This document shows positions 15,101 to 27,100 of a stretch of DNA of 64,000 bases, piece after piece; position 1 is the first letter of the stretch, and every line of letters starts with the position of its first letter. The translations under genes were made by a program, and so were the position numbers. The DNA lies in assembly GCA_051294905.1 (NCBI GenBank), contig CM119372.1:38628001-38692000 (forward strand), given 5' to 3'. The notes under the pieces were generated by a model. It made no database searches. It was not told the DNA's origin and was given only the letters and a program-made list of their open reading frames with translations. Source of the DNA: Botryllus schlosseri (taxonomy: Eukaryota).

Positions 15101-18100
15101 TAGGCCTAACAAGCCTTTGTTGCATGCTCGGCATTTGCTTGTAGAATCCCGGGATTTTATCGGCGCCCAAAAGCGGTAATGCCTTTGCCATTGGAACAAC
15201 GCTCTGAAACAGAAAGAAAATTCTTTTGGAGAAAATTATCGATATCTGATCGTAATCATTACTCAGACCAGTGGATTTTCAAAATACGCAACTAGAACGT
15301 TTTCAAAACTGTCAATTAGATCAGGAACTACTTTTTTCATACGTAGATTCAAAGATGAACAGCTATAAAATTTTCGGATTTTTCGAACTAGATTGATATT
15401 ATAGCTACACTTTACACACACAATACCTGCGACCTCTCGCCAGTTGCATCCATTCTTTTCTGCTCGTACCGTAGAATCTGCCTCAAATGTATCAATTTCG
15501 GTACTGCGTTAACGGGCCGCGTTTGCTGCGATTTTGAAGCTACAGAACTAGCCACATCCAACAAGGGCAACTTCACAGTCATTCTGGGCGCTGGGTGTGA
15601 TTCGCAAGTGGGACAACGCTGCTCGGATTGATGTTGTATATCTGGGGTTGGAGTCAAAGCAACTTCAGGCTTGACCATCTTTTCTCGATGTTGTTTATGA
15701 TTCGTCTGGACTGCCGTTTTTGGTTTATGTAACAAAGGCACTGCACCATCAGAATTTTCAGGTCTAGTGCTACTACGAGGTACGAATAATTTCGGGCCGT
15801 TAGCATTTTCGTCATGCAGATACAGCGTTTTTCGCGGGCTTGCGTTTTCCATCAACAATCTCAAAGGAGGCCTTTTCGGCTGAGATTTTTGGTCCACATA
15901 CTCATTTTTACCGGACAAATTCAACATTTTCAATTTATCATCACGCTTTTGTGGAGTTGAAGTATGGGGCACGTTAGGGTAGGAGCGGTCCTGTTTAGGT
16001 GGAATTGAGTGTTGCCGATTTTGAGTCAGAAAACCGCTAGCTTGCAGCATGGCAGATTGGAACATCTGCGCTAAAAACAGGACTTGCTGTCCCATCATTG
16101 CATTTTGGATTTCAGTACGGACCACTTCTTTCAAGTCGTCCTTTTGTCTCGCTGCCCCAGGGCGCGGCGGGTACACTTTTCCACCCCCGTCGGCAATTAT
16201 ATCGGATTGTAGACCTTAATAACAAAGCATGTAATGGTAATGGGTAATATCGAGGATTGTATTTTGTGAGAGCATTACCGGTGCTGTTTGCGGACGTTAC
16301 AGATTGTGACAGCTCTGTGGTGACGTTATTTTGAGGTTCCTGAAATTTTACACAATAATGTTTAATAATGTAAGTGTAGTTACCGAATCAAAATAAACAT
16401 GATATGAGTAATGGCACATAAGGAGTAACTACAAATTAATCTACACTAGTCGAGGTAGATTCATATGTGTCTGCGTACTGCCTACTACATACATTTCTGA
16501 CAGTTCATACTTCGATTTATGAATACAAAGCAAAATTTAAGGAGAGCAGTAGAGCCCATGGATGTAATCTGGCTTTAAATACTAATAAGAAGTGGTAGTT
16601 GAGCATTAAAATCTATCCAATTCTGACTAATCAGTTCAAGTTGTCATGGCTACCTACTGGCCACCTCAATGTGCATTGCACAAACTAGCAAAAAAAACTG
16701 GGTACAACTACAACAATTTATTCCATTAAAAATCAATAAAAATACCTACCTCATCATTCTTCCGCTGCATTGAGTCGTCTGTAAAAGTATGAAAATCAAT
16801 TGTTGCGTGAGTCAATCATGTTTGCATTACCGTATGCTGTTTCACTAAGGCCATGTTCCGAAAACAGATAATAGCCATGATATATTGATTATTACGATGA
16901 TTTATAGGCAGACTTTTACAAAATACCAATCTAGTAAGTGTGAGAAGTATATTTAAAAGATGTAAAAAACAGAAAATGGCACAACTGCAACGCAACAACA
17001 ACAAAACGACCTCTCTCTCCACGGGTCGCACGAGCTCTGCGTCCCAATATTCACGACAATCACACAACACCATTCGAACTAATTAACGAGCAATCAATCA
17101 GTCTCACGCGCTATGAACAGCGTCCGAGGTAATAGTCGGTATACAAAATCTACAAAGGCACAGTAAGTTATCGGTGAACTAACTACTGGTTTGCCGGGTT
17201 ATTTCACGTCACGAATTGGGAAAAATTAATTTTGTGGACATCGAGAAAACATGTGTTGCCGTTTGGCCTGAATCGTGATGCCGGGGTTCTTTTGTGTGAT
17301 GTTCTTGCAGACAGGGGTCAAATTTTTGGGTGATCTATGATTTAGTAATCCCTATTATCAATGCTGCTATTGAATATAGTTGGTGGTGTTTTTAATTAGT
17401 TAGTTAGCTAGTTCCAGTGTTGAGTTTTGAAAAGCGAGTAGTTCTATTTCTAGTTCCATTTGTGTGTTTGAAAATTAGGTAGTTCTAGAAATTTGATAAT
17501 TGAGTTCCAGTTCTAGCGAATTTTGAAACTCCAGTACTTTGTACAAGTCCGTTTATCGGCCGACATACCAAGCTGTCCGCTAGGAGGTACAGGGACTGAT
17601 TCTTCATCGGGTGTCTGTTCAGAATTTCCAACTTCCGCCATCTTTTCTTCAACCGGTGACTCTGTACGTTCCTCTGCCGTCTGTTCTTCCTGCAATACGG
17701 ACACACACAAATATCACCGCCTTGCGCCGAAACTTTGGATGAAGATTGCGGTTGGATTGATGATGAAAAATTAGTTCGATTGATATGCATCTGAAATTTA
17801 ATCTCAATCACGAGTTCACCTGTCCTCGCATTTGATGAGAACGTGACATGGGTGTGGAAGTTCTGTTGTCTGGAATCTCGTCACTGGATTCTTGTGGCGA
17901 AGCAACATATTTGTCTTCATTCTGTAGAATGTTTGGATTAGATTAACATCTTACAACCTAACAGGCTGGCACCGGTGGGTTTCCCGAAAAATTTTGCTTC
18001 CCTTTTCAAAACTGTAAAACACGACCTCAACGGCATGCGAAACCAACAAGTAATATATCGTTGGATTCAGAACTTCAACGCCTAACCAACTACGTCACGA

Positions 18101-21100
18101 AACTAGACGTCATAGATCATTTGCATTAGTTTGGAAGATACATCTTGTAATTTCGAAATTTAGATAAAATTTAGAAAGTTTATTTTTTCATAACCTTCAA
18201 CGGTGCAATCATATCAGCAACTATTACCTACTGGCATTACACAGTGCAACTACCGTGATTTTCCATGTATATTGCGCAAAATTTCACCGATTTTTTGCCC
18301 TAAAATAGGGGGCTGCGTATTATACATGGGTACAAGCCTTGAAAAAAATCTCCCTCGATAAAAAACTTGAAATCAGACCTTTCTTCATGTTTGTTTCCAA
18401 TCGCGCATCACTTCCAGCCATCGTGCCCAGTAATTCGTATTACAGAGTGTAAAGCGCTACCAATTAGCGAGAAGCCAATTAATGAGAGTCGTCTGCACAG
18501 CACGCGATCTCCTTCTGAGTTAGATTGCCGTTTGTACGCGAGCCAAATTAGGTCGTTCATTGCTGCAAGAGCGCGCGGCAATCCTTGCTAATTCATCGCG
18601 TCAACGACAGGCCTTAACAATCGCATACACAACACAAGAGGCCATGTGCGCAAGATATGATCGCTGGCGTAATCAGTCGCATCTCCAACAGGCCTGGTGC
18701 GCACACCATAACCGTTGGCCTGAGCAATCGTATCTGTGATAGGCCTCGTGCGCAAAATGTCGTGTCGCTAGCCTCAACTATCGCATCGCCGGCCTCGCCG
18801 GCTTTGGCTGCTATCTACTATCGTGTAGAGACAATGCCGTTAATTGTATTATGATTAGCGATAGTTATGTCATGATTGTTCAACAGTGACATCGCAAAAC
18901 AGAACGACATCGAAAACTAAAACACAGCTATTCATGTACTGCGAATGCAGGGTGCGTACTATACATGGGTACAGGCTTTTCCCCACAATTCACACAACAT
19001 TTTAAGGGTGCGTATTATACATGGGGGCGCACTACATTCGGAAAATTACGGTATACGAGGCTTAAAATTTGGACATCATACTTTCACTGTTGCATATTTT
19101 TTTACACAATACAAAAACCATAACATTGAAATCGATAACTATGTTAAGTTTAAGTTACTAATCTTGGATATAAAATAACGAAATTCCTTACATCGGTCAT
19201 TTCAGAGTGCATAGCTTCATGCACGGATTCCGCAGCTTCGCTGGTAAACGCGGATGTGACATCCTGTGAATGAATGCATTGAAATTGGTTTATATTATTT
19301 TGGATAAGTTGCTGACATGCCAACTTTTATTTCATGGCAGTACTCAGCACGTGCTTCCTACATGTACACTTTGAAAAACACATTGGTGTTGGTCGTTAGA
19401 GAAAGAGAATATTGGAAATGTTTGTGATGTCATAGCTTGCTAGCAGGAAGTCACAGAAATCTAATAATATGTTAATAGCTTACAGGCAGTAACGTCACGA
19501 ATTTTTACTAAAGTACAAGTGGAAGTAGCACTTCCAAAGTAAAATAAAAAAGAATTATTCTACGCCGAGTTTTTGTCTAAAAATCTGAAAACGTTCAAGA
19601 AGAGTGGTCCAAAATCATAAGACCTGAGTAATTATTGCAACACCTCAGCTCACAGGCACCGCATTGATCTCACCTCGTCTGTAGCATCATTCGGATCTGC
19701 TTTAGCCTCGATTGTCTGCTTCATTTCCGCCTTCCTGACTCTCCCGAGCTTCCCGAAACGCATCTCGGCTATCGTGAACGCATGGAAAATCAGTTCCGCA
19801 CCCACCGTCACTCGCATCGCAGCTTTTTTAGCTTTATCCAAAGCTGGATTTCGTGGCATCGTAACCACCTTTACGCGCCAGTGTTCCAACCACTCGAAAT
19901 ACGGAGAGAGGCGTCGCATTTTTTTGCCGAATTGAACCGGTAAGTTTTTCAGAGATACAGTCGGAATTTTGCGGTTTTCTAGACTTATGGGGACAATGTT
20001 TGCATCAATTTTTTTATGTGACATTTTGAAAAAACGCCAACGTTCCACAGTAGATTCTTCATTACCAGACACCTCCGGTTTCTCGTTGGATTCCTGCTCG
20101 GCACCAACGTTTTTACTAATCACAGGAACTTTCATTGATAAAGACACATCATCTCGATTTGCGGGTTGCGAAACCACTTCCAAATTCATCCTCGCTATCT
20201 CGCTGCGATACGTCAAAACTAGAGGATACCTCATAGGCAATGACGCCGATTTCGGCCCATTCTTTTTCGGGGTAAACGTACTGCTAGCCGGAGATTTGCT
20301 GAGAGCTATCTCCAAGAAACTGAACACGAATTCGTGGTAAGACTCGTCAGATTCGAACAAGTAACGAGTCTGTAGAGTTTCAAAGGTTTCGTCCGGGGAT
20401 AACTTGCTTTTAACGGACGCCTCGTCTCTTGTTAAAGTATCAGCTTGTGAACTGTTCATAGATACTCCACTTCTCGTGAAGTTACTGCGTTTGGGAGCGT
20501 GAAAATGACCGGCGTAATAATCTGCGTTTTGCGTATATTTACGGCATTCTCGTTCGAACACTGACGATAACGGAGTACCCAAATTATCGTCAGATTCGGA
20601 TTTCCTCATTTTTACCAGCAAACTCTGCAAACGGTGGGAATTTCTAGCCGAGATCGTGGATTCACGATTGAAAAAACGTGCCAGAACGCCAACAGATTTC
20701 GAGTTCATCGGCAATTCCGCGATTAAACACAGAATTATCTCTTCCATCTCCGAGTTAAACTGGAAAAACTTGGCGAAAGGCACCAGCTTTTCCACCCAAG
20801 CTACACAATCGTATATCGCATCGTACATTGATTCCACGGCGACAGGAGTTAAAGTCTCATTATCGCAGCGCCGTTCGTACAATTCCTCTCTCAAAGTTTG
20901 ATAGCGCCGCAGAGAAACAGCGACTTTATCCCGCACGTGAAAGAACCATAAAATCGCGCAGATTTCACGAAATGCGGCAGCCAGAAAGTAAACTTCGAAA
21001 TTTTCAGGAGACCCGTTGAATTTGTCGAAATCTAATTCCAACCCTTGTAAAGTCACGTCTTTCAAAAGCGCAAATTCGCCAGAAAACGATTTCTTTGACG

Positions 21101-24100
21101 CCTCGTTAAGATTAGCAGCATTCTGTTTTTCAAGCCTTTTCAGATACCACAAAGCGATCACCCTTTGAACCCCCGCACATTGCAGTACAGCCAGAGAAAT
21201 TCGGACGTACGCCGAGATTTCGTGACGGAAATTACTCTCAGCTGTTGATTTTTCTGGGTGTGACTGCGGCAAAAACAATTGCGGATACGGCAATTTAAAA
21301 TCGACTGGAACGTGCAAGTACAATTTTTGCAAGCACACGCTCTTGATTGTGTTTAAAAGAGCACAGCTAGCCGTAGTGGTGACGTCATACCCTACCATCG
21401 CCGATAACTCAAGCAAATCCCGTAAAGAATCGTAATACGGGACAGGGTCTACTGCAAAAAACTTGACGTCACACTTTTTATCAACCGTAACGCAGTCTAA
21501 GCCTGTTTCCACTTTAACTCCGACGATGGAAGTTAAAATATCGTCGTATCTCTTTCGGAGTAACGCGTCTGTTTTCCGCTTTAATTCCGCACCCGGTGCG
21601 TGTTTGGGTAGGTAGTAAACTTTTTCCGCGATGGCGTAAAGCACAAACGATGTCCGCCAGTCTCCCGCGTCAGAAGATACTTGGGCAGCATCGTATATTT
21701 TCCCGCATGATAACAGCAGCAGTACGGCGTTGTTTAGAGTCCAGCTGTCGTCGAGAGATTGCGACCTGCAAACCGAGTTCGAGCATTAGGGTTGTTCAAA
21801 GAATTCGGCAAAATAGCCTGGATGGTGGGGTAACCCCATAATTATGAATGAAAAACTGAAATAACTGCACTTTTACAGGTTGGGATTGCGTAAAATTCGC
21901 TTTGCATCGTTTTTGTAGACAACTCAACAATTTCATGGGGTTGGTGGTAAAATTTGAAATTTAATTTTCAATTTTTTTAAAATGTATTCAAAAATTTTCA
22001 AATTCTGCGACTTCGCATCTACCAGTTGGAATGGAGCAAAATTTGGCGTGAAGCATTTTTTAGACAACCAAAGAATTTAAGAGTGAATCCCCGTAAAAAG
22101 TTATTCTAGAACAGACCTGGGCAAAGTGGGCCATTCTGTGCGGCCCGCGAAAGGTTGCTTGGAATTCGTAACATAAAACCAGCTTTTTGAATGTTTACGC
22201 GTGGACTAAAACCATAGGGTGTATCAATTAAACAGGAGATTTGTCGACTTTAAATCCTGTTTGAAGAGCTTCTTGGAGGTACAGAACTTCAATATACAAT
22301 TAAATAGTATATTCATAATGAAATGAACCCGAATATTTTCGGCTGACACTCGTCAGGGGTAATCGTCAGCAACTAGTAGAGAATTGGAAAGAACATTGTA
22401 TATCAACAATCGTATCACAAAATATTACGTCACCAGCATGAAATTTCGAATAAGAGAGCGTTCGATGTACTATTTTTAGGTGGTACACGAACTCCTTTTG
22501 TTGACAGAGTTTTGGTTGGTGTATTTTGATAAAAGTTTATTCCAAGGCACACAAATGGAATTGTGAACGGCCTCGCCTTACGATTCGAAATCGGTCGTCT
22601 CGATAATTATTCGCACAAATCGGATTATCCAACAGATGTTTGCCGATGGCAGAATTAATGGCCTTTGATTGATCAGCATCAATCTTAAGTGGATGAGTTA
22701 AGGGTGAGCTTTTCACTGAGCGTGACGCACGTGTTCTGATAAATATGGGGACATGTTGGTTTATGCGGTCCTGCAGACGTCTTGACGTTCTTCCCACGTA
22801 GCCACAATCACAGTGGCACCTATATTCGTACACTACATTACTTTGTTGAAGTGCAGGAAGCATGTCTTTGCGTGTTGAAGGGAGCAGTTGTGTTGTTGTA
22901 AAAATCACATTGGTTTTGACTGTGTCGTAACACTTACTGACAGCAGAAATCAATTGTTTTTCAAAGCGGGTGGAAATGGGGCCAATCCAAGGTAGATGGA
23001 TATAAACATCTTTTATTGTTCGTGCAGTGGGCTCTGTTCGTTTTTCTGCGTTGAATTGCGTTAATTTCCTCTCCATGCCGCGGCTGATGACGTGTTCAGG
23101 GTAACCGTTTTCCAGTAAGATTTTTCGGATGTAGTCAAGTTCTAAACTCAGTTTGTTACCCGAACATATCATCAACGCTCTATGCACGAGTGTGCCTATG
23201 AGGTTAATTTTTCTGCGCCGAGGACTAAATGAATTCCAGCGAAGGTATTGGCCTGTGAATGTCGGTTTCCTGAAGACAGACGTTTCAAATTTGTTGCCTT
23301 GCGCTTTTCAACTAATACGTCCAGAAATGATAATGAGTTATTGCGTTCTTTTTCTATTGTGAATTGCAAGGCCGGGTGAAGCGAGTTTAAGCGAATGAGA
23401 AATTGGTCGCACTCTGATTCATTCCTGAAAATGACAAATGTATCATCTACGTATCAGCGGTACAATAGTGGTTTGGCGGACTCACACTGGGAGAGAAGCT
23501 CGCCCTCGTAATACCCTACGAAAATGTTGGCCAAAATAGGTCCCAGGGGACTACCCATGGCTAAGCCGTCTATTTGGCGAAACATGACCTCGTTAAAGCT
23601 AAATTCCATGGAGCAAGTTGCCGCTTGTAAAAGTTCAACAAAGACGTTACGCGGGATTGATGGTGGTGGTAACTTACCACCGTACAGCGCTTTGGCACAA
23701 ATATCAATAGTCTCATGCAGCGGAACGTTCGTAAAAAGACTAGAGATATCAAATGAGCTCAGAAACACGTCTGGATTCGGCAAATCCAGGTCCCTAGATT
23801 TATCAGAACACGTGCGTCACGCTCAGTGAAAAGCTCACCCTTAACTCATCCACTTAAGATTGATGCTGATCAATCAAAGGCCATTAATTCTGCCATCGGC
23901 AAACATCTGTTGGATAATCCGATTTGTGCGAATAATTATCGAGTCGACCGATTTCGAATCGTAGGGCGAGGCCGTTCACAATTCCATTTGTGTGCCTTGG
24001 AATCAACTTTTATCAAAATACACCAACCAAAACTCTGTCAACAAAAGGAGTTCGTGTACCACCTAAAAATAGTACATTGAACGCTCTCTCATTCGAAATT

Positions 24101-27100
24101 TCATGCTGGTGACGTAATATTTTGTGATACGATTGTTGATATACAATGTTCTTTCCAATTCTCTACTAGTTGCTGACGATTACCCCTGACGAGTGTCAGC
24201 CGAAAATATTCGGGTTCATTTCATTATGAATATACTATTTAATTAAATCCTGTTGCTTAATATGCCACGAATACGCTGACATCGTACCTCGCATGTACAA
24301 TCCAATTAGGCAATGGGGCAAAGTATGAGTAGCAATAAAAGACACAAGAAACCACTCTTTACGTATAGTTCAGGTCACCCCTTCTTTGCTGTCATTATAC
24401 GGTATTGTTACGTGAGGCATTTCCAAATCTATAATTCGTAAAACAAGTCAATCGATTATTATATGACTTAATTCAAAGAAGGTTACAGCACTAAATACTT
24501 GTATAGTGGAGTTAGGGGTAAACACCTGCTTTTAGTTTTTGCCGAGCTTGTTCTCGAGATTAAGGATTTTAATTACGACAAAAACACGAAACACTTGGTC
24601 AAGGGAGGGCGAATTTCAGAAAAACTGCAAGCTTCGCTCAACATCAAGGCTATTACAGCTGCACCCTGCTCGGAAGGCAGCGACCAAGACAATAAACATT
24701 GTACTATGCCATATATATTTCAGTTCAGTGATTCTCGAACTGCATCTGAAGAAGGCCGCGATTTACTCCATTACTATGGTAATATACTTATGGCTCTGTG
24801 TATTGTCCGACTTTGATATTACAGAATTCTCCCATCATCAGCCATAACCTGCCAACAAAGCATCATAAAGGGAAACGTGCCGAAAATAGTTTGAGAACCA
24901 CTGTCTTAGTGTATTAATAGAAGAACGTGGAGAGGGGTTTAACCCTTTTCCCGCGGGCGGATCCTAGAGGATCCATGCAGTTTTTCACAAACACGCTTCA
25001 ATCAAGTAACGACATCTTGCGTTGTAGTAGTCATAAACGGTTACAGTTATCGTCTATAAATAGATATTGTCAATACGCATACGATGAGCTATATATAATC
25101 CATTGACTTATCGCAAAACCTGTTCAGAATGCAGATTGAATACAGAAAAACGTTTCCTGCAAAATACGTTCTGTAGCACAGTTCGCCCGAATGAACGCTG
25201 CTCATATAATCCCTTGTATCTTTTGTTCTACACGTCGTAAGCAGACGCAGTTGTCGTTTTAGAGTAGTTGTTGATCGCAAGAGTTCATTGAAACCATAAT
25301 ATCGGAAATTAGTTGGATAGAACACGTTTCAAGTTGGTGTGAAATGAAGCAATATTCTGTTACGTGACAAATGCCGCGCACGTGTAAGCATTGCCGCAAA
25401 AGGTCATATACATTCACTTACGATTACCTAATACAGTTGAATGTCACACACATAGTTAGATGCAGTCCATAACACTTCAACACGATCGGTATCACGGAGT
25501 TTGGTCTTATATTAGTTACCCGACGCCAGTTCTAAACACTGTAGAAATGGGTGTGTAAGTTACGCGAGTGTACGGTACCCGCGCCTGTAATAACAACACC
25601 ATACAGACAGTTGAATCATCCGTTTTAGATGTTATACGAAGTTACTGTACACTTCAATGAATAGACGTTGATCATATGCCCATATAATGAGGAACCTGTA
25701 TCGGACAATAGATGTGTAGAACATGTTTCAAATTGATATGAAATGAAGCAACAAGAGAAATTGCGCGCCGATCAGAAGTGTCAAACAAGGCAATATATTT
25801 ACTTACGGTGGCCTTGTGCAGTTGCAAAAACTTATGTACGATCAATAGTATCTATAAGATCAATAACATGGATTTGGACTTATATAACTAGACCAGGCAA
25901 AGCCGAATAAACGCGAATTACAAGGCACGCTGTCTCTACCGCGATGACGAAATCGACAACGGCCGTGTGTCATGCTTACAACGAAAACTTTCCAGTCTCG
26001 GTGCGCTCGACTGCGTGAAGGTATCAAGCTCAGTAATGTCTTGTTTGAATGCCGAAATCGATATGTAAGATAACCATGCGGACATTCACCATGGGAAGGA
26101 TGATGTATCACGTCAGGTGAAAACGAAAAAAAAATTCTCCTTTACTTTTGAGAAATAGCGTAGACTTGCTCGAATATCACCGTCACCTCTCTCCACCAAG
26201 CCTTCCGAGTAGCTCAGTTGGTTGGGCGGCTATTTTCTGATTACGGCGATTCATTGGATGTCGGTTCAAGTCCCGTATTCCGCATTTTATGAACATTTTA
26301 GTTCATGCATTAAAATTTGGCCTGGCGGCCGACCGCGGGAGTAGGGTTAAATAGAGGTAAAAATGTATCGTGTCCAACATTGTTTCGACTCACGACGACA
26401 AATAGATGATTTTTTACTTAACCGCCACTTTCACATTTCCTAACATCAAGATATTCACTGAGCAGCATTAATAACAATGTAATTTAGAAATAAAATTAAC
26501 ATACGCTGGAAAATTCTCACTCGCCCCGCCAACGTATTTTCTACTTCTCATTTTGCCCGCAGAGGAAAATAATTGCCCACCCCTGTTCTAGAAGAAGTCT
26601 AATGTAGAGCATTTTCGGACAATTAGAGTACAAATAGAATTATAGCGACACATTTTTTCCAAATCAGATCAGAATTTGAATTGCTGGATGCGCAATAGGC
26701 CAACAGAAACTTGAAATAACAGACGGAATCTTTCCGTTTACAACGCCGCACCTGATAGCTGTCGTAATCTTTCTCTGTTGCAACTGCAGCGAATGATAAT
26801 AAACGTCATCGCCAGCGTCGATCTTGGAGATAGCGGCCGTCAAAGACGGGACCAACACCGGACATCCCGTGAAATAGGAACTCATGGTACGGCCCAGCAC
26901 TTCGACAGGCAGCCATTTCTCGGCTGAAAAAATTTTAAAAGATCGGACATGAAATAAACTAGAAATGCTGCATCTCGACGCTTGTAAGTTATAAGATACA
27001 GATTAATATTGAAATTCCAGCAGTCACAAGATTATAATTCTCTGACTCCCTCCTACTACCATGTGCTGTGACTTCACGAAAATTGCCAATATTTTTCAAC

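Larger units (their letters stand above)
22262..24242 (-). mobile_element. Penelope-like retroelement, 5'-truncated, with inverted pseudo-LTR
   Basis: RT motifs FDISSLFTNVP, QIDGLAMGSPLGP and YVDD; GIY-YIG domain VVYEYRCHCDCGYVGRT. About 23798-24244 is the reverse complement of about 22298-22744. 12-bp TSD TTAAATCCTGTT at 22250-22261 and 24243-24254. Confidence 0.93.
22112..26585. mobile_element. hAT (Charlie-like) MITE hosting the PLE and the piggyBac element
   Basis: TIR CAGACCTGGGCAA / TTGCCCACCCCTG; perfect 8-bp TSD TTCTAGAA (22104-22111 and 26586-26593). Confidence 0.78.

Noticed and set aside
16960..17240. Moderately GC/CpG-rich intronic stretch as a nested gene or promoter
   Set aside because: No convincing ORF, splice chain, TIR or paralogue in the window.
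19969..21841. Plus-strand ORFs of 60-123 aa
   Set aside because: Antisense shadows of the large CPLANE1 exon.
26201..26288. Functional tRNA gene
   Set aside because: Acceptor and anticodon stems do not pair and the T stem has a mismatch; kept only as a tRNA-derived cassette.
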